DNA of 64,000 nt, taken from assembly GCA_035285805.1 (NCBI GenBank), contig JAYKJE010000021.1, positions 12,267 to 76,266 on the forward strand, in the 5' to 3' direction. Source of the DNA: a bacterium (GTDB taxonomy: Bacteria > Cyanobacteriota > Sericytochromatia > S15B-MN24 > UBA4093). A program made the position numbers and the translations under genes. Below are positions 10,537 to 18,740 of the stretch, piece after piece. Below the pieces are notes generated by a model. It saw only the letters and a program-made list of their open reading frames with translations. It had not been told where the DNA came from and ran no database searches. Positions within the stretch are counted from its first letter, which is position 1; each line of letters starts with the position of its first letter.

Positions 10537-11140
10537 GTCGTCGCCGGACATCGTGCAGCACGGGGCCGAAGGGCGGAGCCCGGTCGTGTGCCGTCCCGGC
10601 GGCGATCGCGGCACAGGCCCTCGAGGCTTGCAGGGCTTCCTGACGAGATCGCCGCCAGGCCAGCACCCCCGGGGGGGCCTCGTCCAGGAGGGCCCCCCAG
10701 CTCACGATTCCGGTTTCCCAGGTTAGCAGATGTTCCTGGATGGCCCAGAACGTCCCGATCGGTCGGCTGAACTGCTGTCGGCACCGGGCGTGGGAGAGGG
10801 TCCATTCGAACAGGCGTCGGCACAGGGTCAGGAGTTGATGGCTCTCGCGAGTGAGCCAGGCATCCGTGAGCGCTTCGAGCGTCTCGGGGGGGCCGTTCCA
10901 GGGGCGACGGGCCCCTGTCGTCACCTGCCAGCGTCCCCAGGCGTCGGCTCCCTCGCCGAGCCAGAGGACGCCGGGCCCCGTCCGTGCTCGCCACCAGCCG
11001 CGGTCCGGGTCGCGGCCGGCCACCCGGAGCGTGTGCCTCCCCGGGGCCGGGCCCCACAGGCCGTGCGGGCTTCCCTCCCGGCTCCAGCAGGCCAGCGTGA
11101 GCCCCGGGCCCGGGGTCCAGGCTCGCTCGGCGAGGGTCAT
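10505..11140 (-). CDS. acyl-CoA dehydrogenase C-terminal-domain-like protein (likely degenerate)
   Basis: The last ~130 aa align to the ACAD C-terminal helical domain (RRLFEWTLSHARCRQQFSRPIGTFWAIQEHL, compared with the canonical RPIGEFQAIQHKL pattern). Its ATG overlaps the stop of the upstream ORF (ATGA). No catalytic Glu in an EGT context is present. Confidence 0.45.
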   Translation of the reverse strand: MTLAERAWTPGPGLTLACWSREGSPHGLWGPAPGRHTLRVAGRDPDRGWWRARTGPGVLWLGEGADAWGRWQVTTGARRPWNGPPETLEALTDAWLTRESHQLLTLCRRLFEWTLSHARCRQQFSRPIGTFWAIQEHLLTWETGIVSWGALLDEAPPGVLAWRRSRQEALQASRACAAIAAGTAHDRAPPFGPVLHDVRRRLTRWPLPVQE

Positions 11141-12243
11141 CCGCGGATCGGGTCCCACAGGTCGTACCGCCCCAGGCTCGCCAGGCGCTGGAATCCCTCG
11201 ACCGTCGTGCCGGCGTGCAAGGTGCCGGCATGCGCCCACAGCGCCCGGGCGCGCGCGGCCGCGCCCCGGGCCGCCGCGACGTCCCCCAGCCGCAGCCATC
11301 GCTCGGCCTCTTGATGGCGGTTCCACCAGCGTTCGAGGTCGGCGTCTTCCGGATGATGGACCGCGTGCCAGGCAAGGCGTCGCCATTCCAAGGCCTCTTG
11401 CCTCAGTTCGGCGATCGCTTCCTCCGATGCCCGGCGGTCTGGGAGTTCGCGGTCCCGGGCGACGTGCTCGACCGAATGGATGAACAGGGCCGCGCGTTCG
11501 ACGGGCGTGTCGCCGCTCCAGCGGGCCTCGTGCAGGACCTCGAAGCCCTGGCCGGGCTCTCCGATGCGCCAGGCATCCTCGAGACGGACCTCGCGGAAGC
11601 GGGCCCGGAACAGCGGATGTCCGCAACCTGCCGTGGGGCGTCGCTGCCACGTCAGGCCCCGGGCCCGGGCCGGCATCATGAAGGCCGTCAGGCCTGCGAC
11701 GCCGCGCACGAGGGTTTCGGTCCGGGCCAGCACCAGCAGATGGCTCACGCGATGGGCGAACGAGACCCGGGCCTTGTCGCCCCCGAGCCGGTAGCCCCCA
11801 GGGATACGATCCGCGCGGGTGGCGATCGCCCCCAGATCCGACCCGGCCTGCTCCTCGGTGACGGCCAGTGCACACGTCCAGTCGCCGAGGGCCACCGGGG
11901 GGCCCCACTCCGCCTTCTGGCGCGGGGTGCCGAAGGCGAGCACGGGCGCACCGATCCATCGCAGCCCCGAGACGATGGCATGGTTCAGGTGTAGCCCGGC
12001 CAGGGCCACGAGTTCACGCCAGCGCGCGACCTCCGGGAGGTCGGCCGCCCGCCCGCCGAGGCTCGCGGGCCAGTGCATCGCCAGCAGGCCCGTCTGTCCC
12101 AGGGCCCGGGCGACGCGGCGACGGGCTCTCCAGACCCCGTCCGTGTCCGGGCCCGACGTGTCAGGTCCCAGGCTACCGGCGGGGAGCTCGGAGAGCCGGT
12201 CCCGGACGGGCCGGGGAAGCAGCGTATCGGGGCGTTCTGGCAT
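11137..12243 (-). CDS. acyl-CoA dehydrogenase N-terminal and middle-domain-like protein (likely degenerate)
   Basis: N-terminal and beta-barrel ACAD motifs are present (GTPRQKAEW, LAVTEEQAGSD, GGYRLGGDKARVSFA). The C-terminal ~120 aa are not ACAD-like. Confidence 0.5.
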   Translation of the reverse strand: MPERPDTLLPRPVRDRLSELPAGSLGPDTSGPDTDGVWRARRRVARALGQTGLLAMHWPASLGGRAADLPEVARWRELVALAGLHLNHAIVSGLRWIGAPVLAFGTPRQKAEWGPPVALGDWTCALAVTEEQAGSDLGAIATRADRIPGGYRLGGDKARVSFAHRVSHLLVLARTETLVRGVAGLTAFMMPARARGLTWQRRPTAGCGHPLFRARFREVRLEDAWRIGEPGQGFEVLHEARWSGDTPVERAALFIHSVEHVARDRELPDRRASEEAIAELRQEALEWRRLAWHAVHHPEDADLERWWNRHQEAERWLRLGDVAAARGAAARARALWAHAGTLHAGTTVEGFQRLASLGRYDLWDPIRG

Positions 12244-12416
12244 CCGGGGCCCCCCTGGCGATCGCGTGCCCGGCCAGCGTCGCGTGCCCGGTCCCCCGGA
12301 GCAAGGTCCATCCTGGACCAGGTCGAGGGTCGAGCCGTCGCCCGTCCGGGGCTTCAGGGGCGCGTCGGGGCTGGTATCATGGCGGCACGTCTTCCCCGAG
12401 ATTCCGGAGGTGTCCC

Positions 12417-12551
12417 GTGGCTCATCATGATCATGCTCCCGCCGCTGCCGAGCTCGAGCCCAGGGTGCTCTCGCCCCAGGCGGGGGTCGCGATCGGGTCC
12501 GTGGTGATGGGGCTCGTGCTGGCCCTCGTCGCCTATGTCTTCATGAAATAA
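12417..12551 (+). CDS. small hypothetical membrane peptide (44 aa, HHDH motif plus C-terminal transmembrane helix)
   Basis: GTG start 7 nt after a GGAGGT ribosome-binding site. The sequence is VAHHDHAPAAAELEPRVLSPQAGVAIGSVVMGLVLALVAYVFMK, followed by a perfect 12-bp-stem hairpin. It is below the ORF-track size cutoff. Confidence 0.25.
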   Translation: MAHHDHAPAAAELEPRVLSPQAGVAIGSVVMGLVLALVAYVFMK

Positions 12552-12566
12552 AATCGGAAGTGTGAG

Positions 12567-12598
12567 CCCCGTCGTCGCCAGCGCGCGACGACGGGGCT
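12567..12598. terminator. bidirectional stem-loop between convergent genes
   Basis: GCCCCGTCGTCGC-cagc-GCGACGACGGGGC forms a perfect 12-bp stem between the small + ORF and the minus-strand SPFH gene. Confidence 0.4.
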
Positions 12599-12629
12599 TC
12601 CTGCCATCCCGTGACCGGGTTGCGCTTCC

Positions 12630-13490
12630 TCACTTCTGGGCGGGCGCACCCGTGAGTCCGGGGACCACGCCCCCGAAGTTGACGATGGCGTTGTTGGGCA
12701 CGACGAGCTGGATCTTGTCCGACAGCTTCTCGACGTACATCTTGCGGATGAGCTGGTCCGTGAGGCTCGCCGACACCATCCGGTTGGCGTCCGCTTCCGC
12801 CTTGGCACGGATCAGCTTGGCCTTGGCCTCTGCCTCGGCTTCCACGACCTGCTGCTGCGCCACGGTGCGGGAGCGGATCAGGTCATTTTCGGCCTGGGTC
12901 TTGGCCGCGATCGAGTTGGAGATCGCATCGGGCAGGAAGACGGCCCGGATGAGCACGTTCTCGATGGTCAGGCCGTCCGCCTTGAGCTCGTCCTTGAGTT
13001 CCGCGAGCGCGGCCGTCTCGACCTTCTTGCGTCCCGTCCCCGTGATGGCCTCGTTGAGGGGCAGCGATGCGAACGCATTGACGATCGCCGAGCGGAACTT
13101 CGAGCGGTAGTACCGTTCGACGATGTGCTCGAAGTCCATGCCGTAGTGCTGGTACAGCTCCGGGACGGCTTCCTTGCGGGCGATGGTGTATTCGATGCTG
13201 GCCTCGACGCTGAAGGCCTGTCCCTCCTGGGAGTTGACCTTGACGGAGTCGTCCTGGTTGGCAAATTGCCCTTCGTTGCCCTGGACCATGACGTACTGCT
13301 GGCGGATGACGGGAAACTCGATGATGTGCTGGCCGATGGGCACCGACAGGCGGTACCCGGGTTCCAGGACCTGGTCGATCTTGCCCGTGAGGTTGTTCAC
13401 CAGCAGGCCCACGTATCCCTGACGGACGTAGGTCGCGCCACAGCCCGCCAGCAGGATCCCCAGGGCGATCGCCCCCCAGACGCGCTTCAT
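12630..13490 (-). CDS. SPFH/band-7 (prohibitin/HflK-like) lipoprotein
   Basis: MKRVWGAIALGILLAGC lipobox followed by a band-7 domain and a coiled-coil tail. A GAGAGGAGAG ribosome-binding site is present. The upstream part of the 12630..13961 ORF is a frame artefact of the neighbouring repeat. Confidence 0.85.
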   Translation of the reverse strand: MKRVWGAIALGILLAGCGATYVRQGYVGLLVNNLTGKIDQVLEPGYRLSVPIGQHIIEFPVIRQQYVMVQGNEGQFANQDDSVKVNSQEGQAFSVEASIEYTIARKEAVPELYQHYGMDFEHIVERYYRSKFRSAIVNAFASLPLNEAITGTGRKKVETAALAELKDELKADGLTIENVLIRAVFLPDAISNSIAAKTQAENDLIRSRTVAQQQVVEAEAEAKAKLIRAKAEADANRMVSASLTDQLIRKMYVEKLSDKIQLVVPNNAIVNFGGVVPGLTGAPAQK

Positions 13491-13629
13491 CTCGCTCTCC
13501 TCTCGATGTGCCACGCGTGCGCTCCATACCCGGTCGATCGTCGCCTTATCACGACGCATCACGCAGGCGCCTGCCGGGTACACCATGAGGGGCCGGTGCG
13601 TGCCGGTCCTTGCCGCGTGAGGGTACCTC

Positions 13630-15336
13630 GTGAAACGCTTTTGGACACGTGCTGCAGGGGCGGCGATCGCCCTCTTCCTGGGGCTTCCGGTGATGGCCGC
13701 GCCCGCCCGGGCGTGCGGGGGCTTCTTCTGCAGCCGGCAGCCCATCGACCAGTCCGGCGAGAAGATCCTGTTCATCCGGGATGAGCAGTCCCTCACGGCC
13801 ATCGTCCAGATCCAGTACCAGGGGGCCGCCGAGAACTTCTCGTGGGTCGTGCCCGTCCCGGCTCGCCCCACGGTCACCACCAGCTCCGACGAGCTGTTCA
13901 CCCGTCTCGAACCGGCCACGCAGGTCCAGGTCCGGCTCACGGCCTCGCGCACCGAGGGCACGTGTCGGGTTCAGGGCGGCATGTTTGACAGCCGGGCCAC
14001 GGGCCTGGCTGCCCCTGCGATGGCCGAGCTGGCCCGGAACGGGGTGAACGTGGTCGAGCAGGGGCTCGTTGGCCCTTTCGAGAAGACCATCCTCACCGCG
14101 GAGTCGGCCGAGGCCTTGCGCGCCTGGCTGAACGAGAACCAGTACGTCCTGCCACCGCGGTTCGACGAGGTCGTGAAGGGCTACCTCAAGCCCGGCTATC
14201 ACTTCGTCGCCCTCAAGCTTCGCCAGGACCGCGGGGTGGGTGACCTGGTCCCGGTGGTCTTGCGCTATGACACGGGCTTGCCCTGCATTCCGCTCGTGCT
14301 CACGAGCATCGCGGCCCGAGACGACATGCCGATCACGGCCTACGTGCTGGGCAAGGGACGGGCGGTCCCGACGAACTACAGACATGTGCGCATCAACGAG
14401 GCGCGGCTCGACTGGTTCAACGGGGGCAGTAACTACAACCAGCTCGTCACCGAGGCCGTCAACGAAGCGGGGGGCAAGGCCTTCGTCACGGACTGCGCCA
14501 CCCGCAGTGCGGACCTCGCATCCGTGGTGCGCCCGACCTATGACCTGACGCAGTTCCGGGGACTCGCCACGCTGGGCGGCATCGCCCGCGAGCTGGATCG
14601 GCAGGGCTTCCCTGCGGGTTCCCTGAGGGCGGGAACCCTCGGGGCCGTGCTCACGCGGCGATCGGTCGTGTTCACGGGCAACCTCGAGACGATGCTGGCG
14701 AATTCGGCGGATCCGGCGCTCGATCGCATCCGGATCGATGATACGACTCTCCAGGAGATGATCGACGCCCTCGAGGAGGTCTACCTGCGCCCCCTGCGGG
14801 AGGCTCACCAGGCCTTCTCGAAGGATTACACGCTCACCCGGTTCTACACGACCATGAGCCCTGCCGAGATGACGGAGGACCCGGATCTCGACTTCAATGA
14901 CCAGCTCCCGTTCGTCTCCAACGTGCACTCCGCCGAGGCCGTCACCCTCTGCGATCCGTCCCTGACGTTCGAGCAGGCTCCCGTCGAGATCCGGACCGCC
15001 AGTGGTCTGCGCTTCGCGGTCCGGCGCGGGCAGGTGCTGAACGATCCGGCCTTGCCCGCCTCGTCCCTCATCGAGGAGCTCAACACCCTCGATCTGGGCA
15101 AGGTGCTGAGCGATCAGGCGCCGGCCATCCAGGCGTGGCTGGGCAAGCATGCGAATTCCGCGTCTGTCCTGTCGGCCATCCGTGCTGCCGCGGGTACCTC
15201 GGGCTGTTCGTGCTTCGGCACGCCGCGGGTTGCCCGCGACTTCCACGACGGCGCCGGAGAAGCGACCGTTGTGGGCCTGGTCGGTTTCGGAACCTGGGCC
15301 CGGACCCGTCGGCGCTCCCGTCGGCGCCGCCCCTGA
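13630..15336 (+). CDS. secreted hypothetical protein, tandem paralog 1 (possibly COG4402/DUF2330-like, unverified)
   Basis: Signal peptide ending ARA followed by CGGFFC. It aligns end-to-end with the next gene. The C-terminal tail is SGCSC...hydrophobic...WARTRRRSRRRRP. GTG start. Confidence 0.75.
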   Translation: MKRFWTRAAGAAIALFLGLPVMAAPARACGGFFCSRQPIDQSGEKILFIRDEQSLTAIVQIQYQGAAENFSWVVPVPARPTVTTSSDELFTRLEPATQVQVRLTASRTEGTCRVQGGMFDSRATGLAAPAMAELARNGVNVVEQGLVGPFEKTILTAESAEALRAWLNENQYVLPPRFDEVVKGYLKPGYHFVALKLRQDRGVGDLVPVVLRYDTGLPCIPLVLTSIAARDDMPITAYVLGKGRAVPTNYRHVRINEARLDWFNGGSNYNQLVTEAVNEAGGKAFVTDCATRSADLASVVRPTYDLTQFRGLATLGGIARELDRQGFPAGSLRAGTLGAVLTRRSVVFTGNLETMLANSADPALDRIRIDDTTLQEMIDALEEVYLRPLREAHQAFSKDYTLTRFYTTMSPAEMTEDPDLDFNDQLPFVSNVHSAEAVTLCDPSLTFEQAPVEIRTASGLRFAVRRGQVLNDPALPASSLIEELNTLDLGKVLSDQAPAIQAWLGKHANSASVLSAIRAAAGTSGCSCFGTPRVARDFHDGAGEATVVGLVGFGTWARTRRRSRRRRP

Positions 15337-15350
15337 GAGGAGATCCCACC

Positions 15351-17147
15351 GTGAAAGCTCTGTCCAGGCTCGCGCTCGCCGGTGCCGTGTTCCTTTCCGC
15401 CGTGGCCGCACCGGCGCTCGCCTGCGGCGGCTTCTTCTGCAACCGGAACCCCATCGACCAGTCCGGGGAAAAAATCCTGTTTGTTCGGGACGGCGACCTG
15501 CTGCGCGCCATCGTCCAGGTCCAGTATTTCGGGTCGGCCGAGAACTTCTCGTGGGTCGTCCCCGTCCAGGGGCGGCCGGCCGTGGGGGTGGCGACCAACG
15601 AGGTCTTCTCGCGGCTGGAACCCGTCACGCAGGCCCGCGTCCAGTTCGATCTGCGCGATGACCCGGCCTGTGCGCGTTTCCCCCGGCCGGTCTTCGCGGC
15701 CAATCCGACCGCGATGCTGGATAGCGCGCCCCGCTCCGGTGGCGTCCAGGTGGTGGAGTCGGGAACGGTCGGGCCCTATGACTACCGCATCCTCGAGGCC
15801 TCGGATGCTGCCGAACTTTCCCGCTGGCTCACCGAGAACGGCTATGTCCTGCCCGACCGTTTCTCCGAGGTCACGAAAACCTACGTGAAGCCCGGTTACA
15901 CCTTCGTGGCCATCAAGCTCACCCAGAAAGCCGGAACGGGGGACATCGCGCCCGTCGTCCTGAGCTATCCCACGACGATGCCCTGCGTCCCGCTCGTCCT
16001 CACGAGCATCGCCGCGCGTCCGAACATGCCCATCACGGCCTACCTGGCGGGCCCCGGTCGAGCCGTTCCCGTCAACTACCGGCATGTCCGCATCAACGAG
16101 GCGCGACTCGACTGGCTCGGGCAGGGTAGCAATTACAACTCGCTGGTCACGGAGGCCATCGACGAGGCCGGCGGACGCGCCTTCGTGACGGACTACGCCA
16201 CGAGCAGCTCCGAGGTGGTCGAGGTTCTGCAAGATCGGTACGACGTCGAGGCCATCCGGTCGAGCAAGACCGCGGAGGGGGCGATCGCCCTCATCCAGAG
16301 CCAGGGCTTCACCATCGACGACCAGCTCCGGGCGATCGCCTCCACTCACGGAGTCAGTCTGCCCGTCTTCCGGGGCGGGTTCTTCCCGCTTCCGGTACCC
16401 GATGATGGGCCCGGTGCGACGGTGCCCTTCGATGCCGGGGGCCTGGCCGACGACCTCCGGGACAAGATCGTGAAGCCCCTGCGGGACGTGCGGGGCTGGG
16501 TCGGGAAGGTACCCTACGTCACGCGCCTGTACACCACCATGTCCCCCGAGGAGATGACGACGGATCCCGAGATCGACTATCACCTCGGCTCGAAGGACTT
16601 TCCGGACGTCTCGAACGTCCACCGGGCGACGGGCGTGCGTCTGTGCGGCGAGACGGACGACTTCTTCTCGGCACCCGTCGAGATCACGCTGCCGGATGGC
16701 ACGACCTTCCGGGTGGATCCTCGCGCCTCGATCACGACGGTCTCGCCGGACTCGGGAAGCGTGTCGCCAGGTCAGGGTCCTCTGCCCGTGGTCGCGGGGA
16801 AGCCCGTCGCATTGCCGGCCGCGGCCGTCATCGAGCAGCTCAACATCCTCGATGCGGGCGAGATCCAGGTCGACAACCGGCAGCGCATCCAGGCGATCCT
16901 GGCCGCTCAGGCAGACCCCGGACCCGTCGCAGGCGATTCGTCCGGTGGATCTGGAACGGCGTCCGGCGCCGGCGCGGGAGGCTCGGCCGCCAGCTCCTCC
17001 GGATCGCGTGTCACCGGGATTCCGGGCTGCTCGTGCGCGAATCCCACCGTCCCCCGGTCGTCACCACTCGACGGAGCCGGAGAGGCGGGACTGGGCATGG
17101 CCATGGGCCTCGTCGGCTGGTGGCGGGCCAGGCGAAACGGGCGCTGA
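15351..17147 (+). CDS. secreted hypothetical protein, tandem paralog 2
   Basis: GTG start after a GAGAGGAG ribosome-binding site. Signal peptide ending ALA followed by CGGFFC. The C-terminal tail is GCSC...GLGMAMGLVGWWRARRNGR. It includes a Gly/Ser-rich linker. Confidence 0.75.
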   Translation: MKALSRLALAGAVFLSAVAAPALACGGFFCNRNPIDQSGEKILFVRDGDLLRAIVQVQYFGSAENFSWVVPVQGRPAVGVATNEVFSRLEPVTQARVQFDLRDDPACARFPRPVFAANPTAMLDSAPRSGGVQVVESGTVGPYDYRILEASDAAELSRWLTENGYVLPDRFSEVTKTYVKPGYTFVAIKLTQKAGTGDIAPVVLSYPTTMPCVPLVLTSIAARPNMPITAYLAGPGRAVPVNYRHVRINEARLDWLGQGSNYNSLVTEAIDEAGGRAFVTDYATSSSEVVEVLQDRYDVEAIRSSKTAEGAIALIQSQGFTIDDQLRAIASTHGVSLPVFRGGFFPLPVPDDGPGATVPFDAGGLADDLRDKIVKPLRDVRGWVGKVPYVTRLYTTMSPEEMTTDPEIDYHLGSKDFPDVSNVHRATGVRLCGETDDFFSAPVEITLPDGTTFRVDPRASITTVSPDSGSVSPGQGPLPVVAGKPVALPAAAVIEQLNILDAGEIQVDNRQRIQAILAAQADPGPVAGDSSGGSGTASGAGAGGSAASSSGSRVTGIPGCSCANPTVPRSSPLDGAGEAGLGMAMGLVGWWRARRNGR

Positions 17148-17872
17148 TGCGTGTCTTCGCGCCCTTCGTTCTCGTGGCGTGCCTCGGGGGGTGCCTCTCT
17201 CCTGGTGCAGCTCCTGGTACGGCCCCTCCCGGACCGGTGCCCACTCCGGCAGTCCCCGCACCTACGCCGTATTTCGTGCCATCCATCCCCGAGGCGGACC
17301 CCTTTCCCCTGATCGGTCCCATCCGGCAGGAAGAGGGATTCGAGCACGGGCAAGCCAGCTGGCGAGATGAGCTTGCCAGGCCTGATACGCCGTCTGACCG
17401 GGTCGTCTGGCGGCGACTCCAGGGCTCTTTCTGTGGCGGCCAGTACGTCATGCAGGTGGGCGTCGAGGGCTTCAAGCCGTTCGATCCGATGCCAGCCGAA
17501 TGCGTGCTCACCGAACAGGCCACGATGTCGCTGGCGGGGATGCAGCGCCCCCATCTGCGATTCTCGGTCTTCGGCGTCGCGTATCCACCCGAGAGCCTCC
17601 GCCTGCAGGTCGAGGCGCGCGACCCGGCAGGCGGCGGATGGCAGCCCGTGGGTCCTGCCATCCGGGCGAGACATTACCGGACGGCCGTGTATTCGGCAGA
17701 CCTCACGCCCTGGGTCGGCGCGGACGTGCAGGTCCGTTTCCGGGCTCTCCTCGCCCCCGGCGAAAGGCCCACGCGCGGGATGCTCCTGGACGACATCGCG
17801 CTCATCGAGCCGCGCAACCTGCATCTCGTGCCGAGCGCGGCACCAGGCCTGGCCTGGCGTCTTCCGGGGTGA
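17147..17872 (+). CDS. hypothetical lipoprotein
   Basis: MRVFAPFVLVACLGGC lipobox. Its ATG overlaps the stop of paralog 2 (TGATG). A Pro-rich linker is followed by a beta-rich domain. Confidence 0.65.
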   Translation: MRVFAPFVLVACLGGCLSPGAAPGTAPPGPVPTPAVPAPTPYFVPSIPEADPFPLIGPIRQEEGFEHGQASWRDELARPDTPSDRVVWRRLQGSFCGGQYVMQVGVEGFKPFDPMPAECVLTEQATMSLAGMQRPHLRFSVFGVAYPPESLRLQVEARDPAGGGWQPVGPAIRARHYRTAVYSADLTPWVGADVQVRFRALLAPGERPTRGMLLDDIALIEPRNLHLVPSAAPGLAWRLPG

Positions 17873-17907
17873 CGCATCGGGGGCCGATACCGAGTGGCCT
17901 GGAAGGA

Positions 17908-18294
17908 TCAGGCCCCGAGATGGGGCTCGATCCACTTCCAGAGCGGGGGCCCCATCAGCAGCAGGCCCACCAGGACGGCGTTCAGGGCGGCCGCGAGGAC
18001 CGCGGCAGCGGCCACGTCTTTCGCGGCCTTGGCCAGGGGATGGCGACGGTGCGTCGCCAGGTCCACGGCGTTCTCGACGGCCGTGTTGAACATCTCGCAG
18101 ATCACGACGAGCGAGCAGACCACGGCCAGCACGGCGAGCTGAAGACGGGGAAGCCCGAGAGCGACCGCCAGACCGAAGGCGGAGAAGCCGGCCACCACGT
18201 GCAGGCGCATGTTGCGCTGCGTCCGGAGCATGAAGTACAGCCCGGCGAACGCATACTTCAGGCTTTCGAGAAAGGAGTGGGCCTTGAATCTCAT
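17908..18294 (-). CDS. dgkA: diacylglycerol kinase / undecaprenol kinase family protein
   Basis: DgkA-type three-transmembrane topology (FSAFGLAVALGLP...EMFNTAVENAVD). It is the last gene of the phoH-pgpH-ybeY-dgkA block. Confidence 0.8.
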   Translation of the reverse strand: MRFKAHSFLESLKYAFAGLYFMLRTQRNMRLHVVAGFSAFGLAVALGLPRLQLAVLAVVCSLVVICEMFNTAVENAVDLATHRRHPLAKAAKDVAAAAVLAAALNAVLVGLLLMGPPLWKWIEPHLGA

Positions 18295-18740
18295 CGGGAC
18301 AGTCCCACGGCCTCGAGCAGACGGCGCTGGCGTTCGCGCATGACGGATTCTTCTTCGGGAGTCTCGTGGTCGAGTCCCAGCAGGTGAAGAAGGCCGTGAG
18401 CCAGCAGGAAGCCGATCTCGCGCTCGAGGGAGTGTCCGTATTCGCTGGCCTGACGCTCGGCCGTCTCGACCGAGATCACGATGTCCCCGAGCGGGATGGG
18501 GAGCGGAGCCGGAGGGAGTTCATCCTCGGGATCCCATTGCGGGAAGCTCAGGACGTCGGTCGGCCGGTCCTTGCCGCGATGCTCGCGATTCAGTTCCTGG
18601 ATGGAGGCGTCATCCACGAAGGTCACCGAGATCTCGGTGCGCGCGTCCTGTTCCTCGTGCCGGAGCATGCGCTCCATCACCGAGCGCCAGTGGCCCGCAT
18701 CCAGGGGCCTGTCCTGCTCATCCTCGAGCCAGATGTCCAA
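18291..18740 (-). CDS. ybeY: rRNA maturation endoribonuclease YbeY
   Basis: HGLLHLLGLDHE zinc-binding motif. Its position after phoH and pgpH is conserved. Confidence 0.85.
   Translation of the reverse strand: MDIWLEDEQDRPLDAGHWRSVMERMLRHEEQDARTEISVTFVDDASIQELNREHRGKDRPTDVLSFPQWDPEDELPPAPLPIPLGDIVISVETAERQASEYGHSLEREIGFLLAHGLLHLLGLDHETPEEESVMRERQRRLLEAVGLSR

Noticed and set aside
10389-11959. Long overlapping ORFs 10389..11375 and 10505..11959
   Set aside because: Only the last ~212 codons of 10505..11959 (from the ATG at 11140) show protein-family signal. The rest is low-complexity Arg/Gly/Pro sequence overlapping the ACAD-like frame.
12630-13961. The N-terminal extension of the SPFH ORF and ORF 15080..15703 share the peptide TGTTHEKFSA..WTMA...RIFSPDWSMG.RLQKKPP
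   Set aside because: This is a reverse-frame shadow of the duplicated 5' regions of the two tandem paralogs on the + strand (13700-13870 and 15440-15600). It is not an independent repeat family or mobile element.
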